From Callorhinchus milii (Eukaryota), in NCBI RefSeq assembly GCF_018977255.1, contig NW_024704743.1, positions 12,030,001 through 12,094,000 on the forward strand: a DNA stretch of 64,000 bases. The letters are read 5' to 3'. Below the pieces are notes generated by a model. That model was not told the origin of the DNA, did no database searches, and saw nothing but the letters and a program-made list of their open reading frames with translations. The translations under genes were made by a program, and so were the position numbers. Below are positions 36,801 through 48,800 of this stretch, piece by piece; position 1 is the first letter of the stretch, and each line of letters opens with the position of its first letter.

Positions 36801-39800
36801 TCACCCTGACCATTTCCCCCCTGCTCGGGTCCTGACCTAACTGTACAGCGCCTTGAGACATCCTCCCGACGTGAAAGGCGCTCAATAAATGGAATCTTGT
36901 TGTTGTTGTTGCCACCACCACTGCAGTCCATTGATTATGTGCATTCCTGTAGCTTAGTGGTTAGAGTACTCGCCTTGCAAGCGAGAGGACTTGGACAGGG
37001 CAAAACCTTAGACAAATTTCCTTACTCCACACGCCACTGTTTACCTAGCAGTAAGTAGAAACCCAGTTGTTAGTCGATTGGCGGATCAATTATCCGGGGA
37101 TAATAATCCCTTCAAAATAAAAAATAATAATAATAATTTGGTCACTCAATCCACAACTGTTTGTGAGACACTGCTGTGCGCAATTGGCTGCCGCGTTTTG
37201 CCCACAAAATATACAATCAATTCACTTTACAGTATACTTTGCGAAGCGCTTTGAGGCTTCTTGAAGACGTGATACAAATACAAAAATGTATTTGTGTAGT
37301 GCCCTTCACATCGGGAGGATGTCCCAGGGCGCTGGACAGTCAGGAATTTGGACCCAAGCGGTGGGGGGGGTGGTTGGGATCAGGAAGAGTAGAGGGCAGG
37401 GGTAGGAGAGTGACCAAAGGTGCAATCGGAGAGGATCTTAAGACATGCCTTTAAGGAGGTAAGGGAGGGAGCGAGGCGGAGGGGCTGTGGGATGGAGTTC
37501 CAAAGGTGGGGGACAGAGAAGCTAAAGGCCTGATGGTGGTGTGGGCCGGGCAGGGGACCGTGACTCCATCACCTCCACCATTGCCCGGTTTCACTGGCTC
37601 ACCATCCTTCAGAGGATCAAGATCAAAATCCTTGTCCTCGCCTTCAGGGCCCTCCATGGCATTGCCCCCTCCTACCTCTGTGACCTCCTATATGGAGCAG
37701 GCTCTGGCCTGCTCCATGTTCCCCGCCCAGCCTACACTACAATCGGCGGCCAGGCCTTCAGCCTCTCTGCCCTAACCCTCTGGAACTCCATGCCACATTC
37801 CCTTTGCCTCGTTCCCTCCCTTGTCTCCTTCAAGACAGGCCTCAAGACCCTCCTCTTCGACCTCCTACCCTCTCTGCGATTCACCCTCCCTGATCCGACA
37901 CCCCACCCGACTCGCACCTAGAATATTGTCCTAACGATCCTGACTGTTCAGCGCCTTGGGATAAATATAATTTTGTATTGTATTGTATCGTACGCATACT
38001 TTCTGAAAATATATATACTTTCTGGATCAGTATGTTTCCAGCCCAATGAGGAAGGAAGCAGTGCTGGATCTAGTTCTGGGGAATGAAGGGGGGCAAGTGG
38101 AGCAGGTTTCAGTAGGAGAACATGTGGACAACAGTGATCACAACGTCATTAAGTTCAGAGTATTTATGGAAAGGGACAAGGTGAAGATACTCAACTGGAA
38201 GAGGTCTAATTTCCGTGAATTAAAAAGGGACCTCGCCAAGGTGGACTGGAAAGAAAGATTGACAGGTAAACCAGCTAATGAGCAATGGGAAGCTTCAAGG
38301 AGGAGATACAGGAGGAGAACAAATATATTCCCACAAATGGGAAAGGTAGGGCATCCAAACTTCCCTGGATAAATAAGGAGATTGGAATTAAAATAAAACA
38401 GAAAAAGGAGGCTTATGATAAATATCAGGTCCAAAACACAGAGGATAAACAAATAGAATATAGAAAATATGGAGGAGAACTGAAAAAGGAAATAAGAGAG
38501 GCAAAGAGATTGTATGAGAAAAGATTAGCGGGTAACATAAAAGGGAACCCTAAGGTATTTTAGAAGCATATAAAGAATAAAAGTTTAGCCAACGGTAGGG
38601 TGGGTCCAATTAGAGACCAACGAGAAAATCTTCTTGTGGAGGCCGAGGGCATGGCTGATGTGCTGAATGAGTACTTTCCATCTGTCTTCACAAAAGCGAA
38701 TGCCACAGTATCGGAGGAGAGGATAGAGAAATTGGATAAGACAAGAATAAACCGAGAGGAGGTACTAAAAAGGTAGATAAGTCACCTGGTCTGAACGGGA
38801 TGCATCCTAGTTTACTGAGGGAAACAAGGGTGGAAAATAACAGAGGCTCTGGCCACAATCTTTCAATCCTCCTTGGACACTGGTGTTGTGCCAGAGGACT
38901 GGAGGGTTCCAAATGTTACTGCCCTGTACAAAAAGGGGCAAAAGGATGAACCCAGGAACTACAGACCAGTCAGTTTAACGTCAGTAGTGGGGAAACTTCT
39001 AGAGACTATATCCTGGGACAAAATAAATTTTCACTTAGAAAAATGTGGGTGAATGAAGGACAGCCATCACTGATTTGTTAAAGGCAAATTGTGTCTAACA
39101 AACCTGATCATTTTTTGATGAAGTAACGGAAAGGGTGGTTGAAGGTAGTTGATATGGATTTTCAAAAGGTGTTTGACAAAGTGCCACATAAGAGTTTTGT
39201 AAGTAAAATAAAAGCCCATGGTATTTAAAGGGACAGTGGCAGCATGGATACTGAACTGGTTGGGAGACAGAAAGCAGAGAGAGGTGGTGAATGGTTGTTT
39301 CTCTGACTGGAGGGAAGTGTGCAGTGGTGTCCCCCAGGGGTCAGTATTGGGACCACTACTCTTTTTGATCTATATAAATAATCTGGACTTGGGTATAGGG
39401 AGTACAATTTTGCAGACGATACTAAGCTAGGAAAAGTCGTAAACAGTGAGGAGGATAGTAGCAGACTGCAACTGGACATAGACAGACTGGTAAAATGGGC
39501 CGACACGTGGCAGATGAAGTTTAATGTGGAGAAATGCAAAGTTATGCATTTTGGGAGGAAGAATGAGGAGAGGCAATATCAGCTGATGGTACAATCTTAA
39601 AAGGGGGTGAAGGAACAGAGAAAGCTGGGGGTTCATATTTGAAGGTGGCAGGACAGGTAGATAGATAAAGCTGTTAAAAAAGCATACTGGGCTTTATAAA
39701 TAGGGGCATAGAATACAAAAGTCAGGAAGTTATGATGAACCTTTATAAAACACTGGTTAGGCCTCAGCTAGAGACTGGGTTCAGTTCTGGGCACCACACT

Positions 39801-42800
39801 TTAGGAAGGATGTCAAGGCATTGGCAAAGGAGATTTGCAAGGATGGTACCAGGAATGAGGGACTTCAGTTATCAGGAGAGTCTAGAGAAGCTAAGATTAT
39901 TCTCCTTGGAGCAGAGAAGATTAAGAGGAGACTTAATAGAAGTTTTCAAAATTATGACGGGATTTGATAGGATGAACAAGGAGAAATTATTTCCACTGGC
40001 GGGTGCAATGGTAATCCGAGGACACCGATTTAAAATAGTTGTTAAAAGAAACAGAGGTTGAGGTGAGGAGAATTTTTTTCACTCAGCAAGTTGTTCGGAT
40101 CTGGAATGCATTGTCTCGTGGAAACTGATTTGATAACAACTTTTAAGAGAGAAGTAGATAATTATTTGGGGAGAACATGGTTGCAGGGCTATGGGGAGAG
40201 TGCGGGGGAGTGGGATTGATTTGGGTAGCTCTTTTCAAAGAGCAGGCATGGACACGATGAACCGAATGGCCTCCTTCTGTGCTGTATAATTCTATGATTC
40301 TATGATATTATTATTATGCTGGATTTTGTGTGCCAATCGTCAAATTCAACACTCAATCCCAATTTGCTCTGTTGCAGTGACTACCTCAGAAGCGAAGGAG
40401 TTGACTTTGGCGACTCCTCAAGTATTCACAAAGATGAAAGAATCAGGTAACATGGGGCCAAATGTCTGAGCTTTCTCCTTGTCCCCAGACCCATTTTCTC
40501 TCGCTCCTGAAGACCGAGAACGTGGGCATGGCCCGGGATTTTCTGCCCGTCCCTGGCTGTTCTGATGGTGGGGTGGGGAGGTATTGGAAACTGCTTCTTG
40601 TGGCAGTGGAGCTCCCAACATTGGGTTGGATTGTGGGAGGGAGGTGGGATAGCTCTAGGATTTTATCCAGCAGCAATGAAGGAACAGCAGTGTGGGTGGT
40701 GGGGTGGAGGTGGGCGGCAAGAGTGGATAGCATTTGGTGGTGCCAAGGGTGATAGGGGTTGGCAGTACAGGGGAGGGACTGTGGGATGGGGGTTAGCGGG
40801 AGTTGGCAGGGATGGGAGTAGTTGGGGGTGAGATTGTCAGGGCCATCAAGTGAAACTGCCTTTCCCTGTTCTCAGTCGGGTCGTGCGAGAAGCCTTGCTC
40901 TGACCACTTCATCTACCTCCTCCTGGAAAGGTTGAGATTACGATTAGTGTTTCTAAGATTCTAAAGGAAATAATGTTGACCATTGGCAAACTGTTTCATC
41001 TTGTCCAGAACAGCAGAATCAGAAGACACAGCCTGCAATTGTTGGGGAGTAAATTCAAAACTAATCTGTGAAAACACTATTTCACTGAGTGAGTGGTAAA
41101 TCCGTGGAACAGGCTCCTTAGGGAGATGGTGGAAGCAGATAGTGTTGATTCATTAAAATGCAAATTAGATAGATTTGTTTTGGAAAATAATATTTTGGGA
41201 TACAGTATATGCGTAATTTGATTCATGACATACAGTAAGTGTAATATGCTTGGAGGAACAAGGCATCTTTGGATCTAAGGTTTTGAAAGCTTTCAACTGT
41301 GATGGTAGACTAATCCATACAGATTTAATTCCCATCAGCACCTCCAGTATTGTACATGTGGCTACCAGAATGGTAGAAGGCGGACTTCATGGAACTTGAT
41401 CTTTTATCGGTTAGCAATTCCTTTGTTCCTAAACGCAGAGCCCACGCGGACATACACCCAGGATGGGGTCTGCCTGACCGAGCTGGGCATGTCACAGCTA
41501 CAGAGCCTGAGTGTGGCCGCCCCTCGGAGGAAACGGCCCAAACCGAAGCTGAAGCTGAAGATCATAAACCAGAACAGCGTGGCTGTGCTGCAGGCCTCGG
41601 TAGATCCCCAGTCAGAGCAGTCTCGAGACATGGAGGGCGACGTGGAAGACAACAGAGGTACAGAACTATGACTCAACTCCTTTTACATGAGCCAGAATCT
41701 AAACATTGCCCTTTTGCTTGTTTCCTCCTCCCGTCTGCCCTTCCCTGCTCCTCCTGTCTTCCCCCCCACCACCCCGGCCCCTATCTTCGCCCACCTCCAG
41801 TCACACCCCCTCCCCCTGTCTCCCCTCTGAAAGTACTTCAAGATTTACAGTAAGTTGATAGTGTGTTTGTAGGCAAATGCGGCAGTCAATTTACACACAG
41901 CAATGTCCCACAAACAGCTGTGAAGTGAGTGATCAATTTCATTTGGAGGAGTGTTGGCCAGGCCTCCGGGAGAAACTCCCTTCTCTTTTTGAGTAATAAT
42001 AATAATAATGATGATAATAATAATAATCCTTGCATTTGATAGAGCGCTTTTCACGTCTTCTAGATGTCTCAAAGCGCTTCACAGAATAGACTGTAAAGTG
42101 AATTGACTGTATATTTTGTGGGCGAAATGCAGCAGCCAATTGCGCACAGCAGTGAGTGTCCCACAAACAGTCAACAACTTGGATTTATATAGCGCCCTCC
42201 ACGCCGGACGGCGTCTCAGAACGCTTCACAGTAACAGATCCCGTGGCCGAGCCAGGGGGAAGGGGGTCAAGGTGACCAAAGGCGCAGTTGAAAAGAAAGG
42301 TCTTCAGCCGAGACCTGAAAATAGGAAGAGAGGGGGCGAGGCGAAGGGAGTGAGGAAGGGAGTTCCAGAGCCTTGGAGCGTAGTGGCTGAAGGCATGGCC
42401 GCTGAGGGTGGAGCGGAGGACTCGGGGGACAAGGAGGAGGCTAGACCTGGAGGATCGAAGGTCAGAGAGTTAGGGGAGTGCAGAGGAGTGGAGGGATTTG
42501 AAGACAAGGGTGGGGATCTTGAAGTCGATCCTCTCTGGACAGGCAGCCAGTGCAGTCTGGCAAGGACTGGGGTAATCGAGGAGCGGAGTTTGGTGCAGGT
42601 AAGAATGCGGGCGGCAGAGTTTTGTACGACCTGGATTTTATGGATGGTAGTGGAGGGGAGTCCAGCGAGGAGGGCATTTGAATAGTCCAGCCAGGAGGTG
42701 ACAAAGGCAAAGACCAGGGTTTCAGCGGCTTTTGGAGTGAGGTATTCGTGGATTGAAATGACCAATTTATTATTGTTCTGTTTTTTGGAGGGATTATTAT

Positions 42801-45800
42801 CAGTCATGTGGAGTAAGTAAACTTGCCGAAGGTTTCACTCTGCCGGGAATCAAACCCAGGTCTCTCACTTGCAAAGCGAGTGTTCTAATCACTGAGCTAC
42901 AGATCTCCACATACAGACACACAGACACTCACAGACACTCACACAGACACACACTCACTCTCACACTATGCTATGGAACCGTTAATGTCCACAGTCAGAC
43001 AGGACATCTCATCCAAAGGACAGCACCTCTGACAATGCCAAACACCCCCAATGTTGCATTGGAGTGTCAGCTTAGACTATATGTTTCCAAGCCCCAACGT
43101 GTGGCTTAAACCTACCACCTCTGACTCAGAGACGAGAGTGCTACCATTGAGCCAAGCTGACACACAAGTAAAAATAGCAATTCATTAAAGTGTCAAATGC
43201 ATCAAATGCAAGAATTCTGATTAATCGGTGTTAACATCAGGATCAGGTTAATAGTTAATAGTTTGTCTAGGGTAGTCAATTTGGGGGAATCCAAAAAGCC
43301 AGGTCCCCCAAATAAACCTGGTTATTCTCTTCACGGCTATTTGTGAGGCAATAGCCGTGAGTAGTTGCTATGCGTAAATTGGCTGCCACATTCACCTACA
43401 AAAATACATTCACTACACCTTACAGTAAATCTTGTGAAGCGCTTTGAGACATACTCCCAAAGTAAAAGGCGCTGTATTAAAATGCAAGGATTATTCTACG
43501 TGGTGCTTAAATGAAAAGGGAAGAACATTAACATGTGTACTGTTGGCTCTTAATCCTTGCTTTAATTAAAATGTCCCTTCATTTCTCCGATTTATTATGT
43601 CTTGGACATGCTGTAACTTGTATGCAATTAGTTGCTGCATTTCGCCCACAAAATGGAGTCCTGTAGCTCAGTGGTTAGAGCACTCGCTTTGCAAGCGAGA
43701 GACCTGAGTTCAATTCCAGGCAGGGCGAAACCTTGGGCAAGTTTCCGTACTCCACACAGAGCCTAATAATAATCCCTCCAAAACCAAAAACAATAATAAA
43801 AAATGGTCATTTTCAATCTACGACTGTTTGTGGGACATTGCTGTGCGCAATTGGCTGCCGCGTTCGCCCACAAATATACAGTCAATTCACTTTACAGTGT
43901 GTTCTGTGAAGCGCTTTGGGACATCCTCCCGACGTGAAAAGCGCTATATCATATGCAAGGATTATTATTATTATAAAATACTCAGTCTACCCACTCAGTC
44001 AATCACTTTACAGTATATTCTGTGAAGCGCTTTGAGATGTTTCAACGACGTGATAAGGTGCTATATCAAATGCAAGGATTATTATTATTATTACATATGT
44101 ACTGTTTATACACTGAGTTTGAATTAATGGGGAAGACCCTGCGTGAAACCTAAATGTCGGCCAGAAGTGGCATTTTTTGTTGTTGAGATTGCTGTGTTAA
44201 AAATTAACTATAGTTTGTCCTCAAGGACACAGTTGCTCCACTTTACAGTAAATCCTGTAATGCGCTTTGAAACGTCCACCCAATGTGAAAGACGTTGTAT
44301 CAAATGATTGTTATGTAATGTTATGTAGGTTATGTAAGAATGATTATTATTACTGAGAGTTAATTGTACGATGACCGAGTGAGACCGCCTGCTTTAAACT
44401 TACAGAAACTGATCTAATGGACTGTGACACCAAGTCCGACATACTTACCAGTCCCGAGCAGGAGCCCCCAGATGATGAAACTAAGGTTGTTGAGGGCTCT
44501 GACATCCTGAAGAAGCGGAAACGGAAACCTTACAGACCTGGTAAGAAATGTGATTAGAATGGACATCTCCACTCGGCTGTGAAGCTTCCCCAACATTGGA
44601 GAATACGCTGCACTGGCTGCCAGCTTGTTGTGGGAGGCCTTTGAGACTTCTGCGTGAGCACTGTCTGTGTGTGTACGTGTGCGTGCTGTGTGTGTGCACG
44701 TGGTGCATGTGTGTAAGACCTGAGAATGTGTGTATGTGTATGCCATGGGTGTGTGTGTGTGGGGGGATGTATGCCATGGGTGGGTGTATGTGTATGCCAT
44801 GGGAGTATGTGTAATTGTGTGTGTATGCCGTGAGAGTATGTGTGGGTGTGTGTTTGCCGTAAGTGTGTGTAGGGGATTGATATGTACGCTGTGAGTGTGT
44901 GTATGCTGTGAATATGTGTTTGTGTGGTGTGTGAACATTCTGTATGTGTGAACAGCGTGTGTGTGAATGGCATGTGTGTATGTGTGAACGAATGGTTTGT
45001 TTGAACTGTTTGAACTGTGTGTGAATGCTATGGGTGTGTACGCTGTGTGTGTTTGAATACCGACTGTGTGTGAGAAAGCTGCAGAGTGTGTTCGTGTAAA
45101 TGCTCTGATTTATGTGTGTGTGAATGGCGTGTGGGTGTGTGTTCTTGGACACCGTGTGTGCGCGGGTGGGGAGTGGGGGTGAATGGTGGGAGGGTCTGCT
45201 ATGGGCTGTATCCAGTGTATTGCCAACAGAGAACAAAGAAAGAAGAGATCACCAATCTAGGGACATAAACTGGCCCTAGATATTTTCAAGGTCACGAGCC
45301 ATTTTGGTGAAGAAGTTCCTTTCGCTCATTTGATTTCATCTTTTGCTGAACACCCCCACGCCCACCCCCAATAAAGCCTTCCTTGTCATGTATTTGACCT
45401 CCCTCTCAGAATCCTCCCACCTCGCCCCTTCTATCATTCCCTCCCTTTAACACCTGCCTTAAGACCTTTCTTTTTGAACACCCTTTTGGTACCTTTTTAT
45501 CACACTCATTCAAATTTCCTTCCCCAGCTCCCCCTACTCCCAGCTGCTGTGTGTGTGAAGCGCTCTTAAGACTTCTGCGCATACCCTAACACCTGCACTC
45601 CACCATCACTGGCTGTGCCTTAAGCTGCTAAACTCCTAACCACTGGAACTCTCTCGCTCAATCCCCCCACCTTGCTTCCTCTTTATCCATCTTTGAATCC
45701 CATCGAAAGACCTACCTCTTCAACGTCTATGGTTATCTCCCCCTTCTCCCTTGCTGGAGACCAATCCCAACAACACTGTTAAGTGCTCCAAGGCACTATC

Positions 45801-48800
45801 CTGCTATCTAAATGCAAGTTGTTGTTCCCAACACGAAAGTCAACAACAACAACTTGCATTTGTATAGCACCCTTCACACAGGGTAGCATCTCAGAGCACT
45901 TAACAGTCGGAGCCTGAGGGACAAGACAGAGAGTGGGGCAAGATGACCGTAAGGGCACTTCAAGAAGGAGGTCTTTAGCCACGACCTGAAGATGGGGAAG
46001 GAGGGGGTCAGTCGGAGGGATAGAAGGACAGTGTTCCAGAGTTTCAGGGCGTAGTGGCTGAAAGTCGTGATGTGAATGTAAATTTTTGTTGTTGAGTCGT
46101 ATTTTCCTCTATCAGGAATTGGTGGGTTTATGGTCCGCCAGAGGCAGAGTCGGACAGGACAGAATAAAGCCAAGCGATCGCTGTCCAGGAAGAGCTCCAC
46201 CGGTTCCGTCTCAGAAACCATAGGCAGCAAGGAGGATGGTGAGTGATGAGATTTAGTGGAAATCTGGAACTCTCCTCCCAAAGGCTGTGGATACTGGATC
46301 CATTCACATTTTCAAGACTGAGGTGGATAGATATTTGTTAGGTCAGGGTATTAAGGGATATGGGGCAAGAGCGGGTAATTGGATTGAGATGCAGATCAGC
46401 CATGATCTTTTAGAATTGGCAGAACAGGCTCGAGAGGCTGAATGGCCTACTCCTGTTCCTATGTTCCTATGTCACATATACTGCGAGCTCCTTACAATTT
46501 GCTCTCTTAACGGATTATTATTATCTATCTCTATCCTAATTCCCTGCTCTTCTTACTTGTATCCTCTAATACCCTTTCCCCCTTCTGTACATCTGTAAAT
46601 ATGACATTGATTCCTCTGGTTTGTGGTTCCCAGGTTGGATTGAGCAGATGCCAGAGCATCCAGCTGACGATTCGGCTACTGGTGCCGAGATTGCCGAGAA
46701 GATGAAGAAACGATACAGGAAGAAGAAGAACAAACTGGAGGAGATTTTCCCTGCATACCTGCAGGTCAGTGATTGTCCTTTGGCCAAGAGTCCATCTCAT
46801 CTGTCTTTCACACGTCAATCACTGTGGTCACACCCCTTTGATTTCAATTCACGTTATCTCCATATGTATGTGGATAACACCCAGCTCTACCTCACTCATT
46901 CCCCCTTGACTAATGGATCACTCCCGTTCTGACCTGTTGGATGTGAAGTCCTGAATGAGCACTTTCGCTCAGCGAGCACCAGCCTACTTTGTGTCCCTTG
47001 CCATATCCTCCCTATCATCAGCAGACGAGCGCAGAGTGCTCCTGGCTAGCAATCCTCCAGATAAATTAGTCACTGACTTCACAAACGTTTGCGACACCTT
47101 GTAGTCTGCAGAATGGCGGTAACGTTTGCCTACAAAAGGAAAGCCTAGTCACTTGACAGTACTAAATTGTGGAATGCATTTGAGATATAAAAATCCATAG
47201 TCTATAGAATAAATATTCCGGGGTGGGCGAGGCTTTAGGCAAGTTTCCTTACTCCACATGCCTCTTGTTTACCTAGCAGTAAGTAGGAACCTGGTTGCTA
47301 GTCAATTGACGGATTGCTAATAATCCCTACAAAAAATAATAATCATAAAAATTGGTCATTCAATCCAAACTGTTTATGGGATATTGCTGTGCGCAATTGG
47401 CTGCCTACAAAATATACAGTCAATTCACTTTACAGTATATTCTGTGAAGCGCTTTAAGACATCTTAACGACGCACTATATCAAATGCAATGATTATTATT
47501 AGAACTGAAAGTTCTCTCAACAGCAGTGTACTCTTGAGTCAACGTATTTCGTTCACTCTTCACTTCTTTGCAGGAGGCTTTCTTTGGGAAAACCTTGCTG
47601 GACACGGGCCGACAGAGTAAACGGCGCAGTCTGGAAGCTCTCTCTGATGAAGACTCAACTCAGCTGCTGAGCAGAGTGCAGATGACAAGCATAAGCTTCA
47701 TGAACCCTTCCTCTGAACCACTCTTGAGTTCGGCCACAGCGCAGCTTCCTGCCAAAGCAGCAGGAGGGCAAGGTTTGTACTAAGCTTGTAGTGTTTCAAC
47801 TCAACATAGAACCCAAGGTGTTAGTTAAATTGTTGCTCACCTCAAGTGAGCTGAATACAGACAAAGACAAGGTACTACATGTAGGATCCAAGAATAGATA
47901 ACGCAAGTTTTCCATGGATGGTATAAAACTTGCCAAGAGATCTAGAGGTGTTAGATGTCTCGTCACTCAGTATGAGTCAGCAATAAACAAAGGAAACAAG
48001 ATTCTGGACTGGATTGCTAAATCATTTGAGTCTAGATCGCCGGATGCATAGAAATCTCAGCTTGGTTTGGAAACTCTTAAGCATGGTGATGGGTTTCCGT
48101 ATGTTTCAGACACCCGGCTGACAAAAAACATTTAGATCCCTAGATTCATACTCAGGCTCCGGTCAGTCCATGAGATGAGGGAGCTGCTTAACCCAGAGGC
48201 AGTGCAAAGGAGAGTAATGAGGATGATCCCCAGTGGTGGAGGAATGAGCTACAATTGGACAAGCTAGGGCTCTTCAGTTGTGAGAGAAGATGACTCGGGG
48301 GACCTTATAGAGTTGTATAAAATTCTAAATGGGATTGAAAAAGTAAACCCAGGTCAATACATTAGGATGTGCTACGACAGTAGCACAAGAGGATGCAGGT
48401 TTAGAGTTGCAAAGGGGAAATTTTAGGACAGACGCTGGGACGTTTTTCTTAATCAGCGGTTAATTCATTTGCTAGGAAGGGTGGTTGATGCTCTGGTTGA
48501 AAGGTGGACATTCTGGAGGATGAGATTAGTTGAATGGCTTTCCTTTTTGCCAGCCTGTGCCAGTATTCTCCGCAATCCAGTAAGCAGATACGTCCCTCCA
48601 GAGAGAGAGTGTGTGTTCCATTCTAGACACATATGTGGAACTCTCAATCTGGTTTGGATACTCTTAGGCACGGTGATGGGTCTCAGCACGTAACAGACGG
48701 ATGACCAAACAAAAAGCGCAGTTTCGTTCAACAATACTTTCTGGGAAAGTGACTAGGCTGGTGGAGGGGAGAAAGAGCTGTTATTTGACGCCAATGGAGA

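Noticed and set aside
43654..43730. tRNA-Ala(TGC) gene
   Set aside because: tRNA-like head runs straight into SINE body and tail in many copies; imperfect acceptor and T stems; no terminator after the head.
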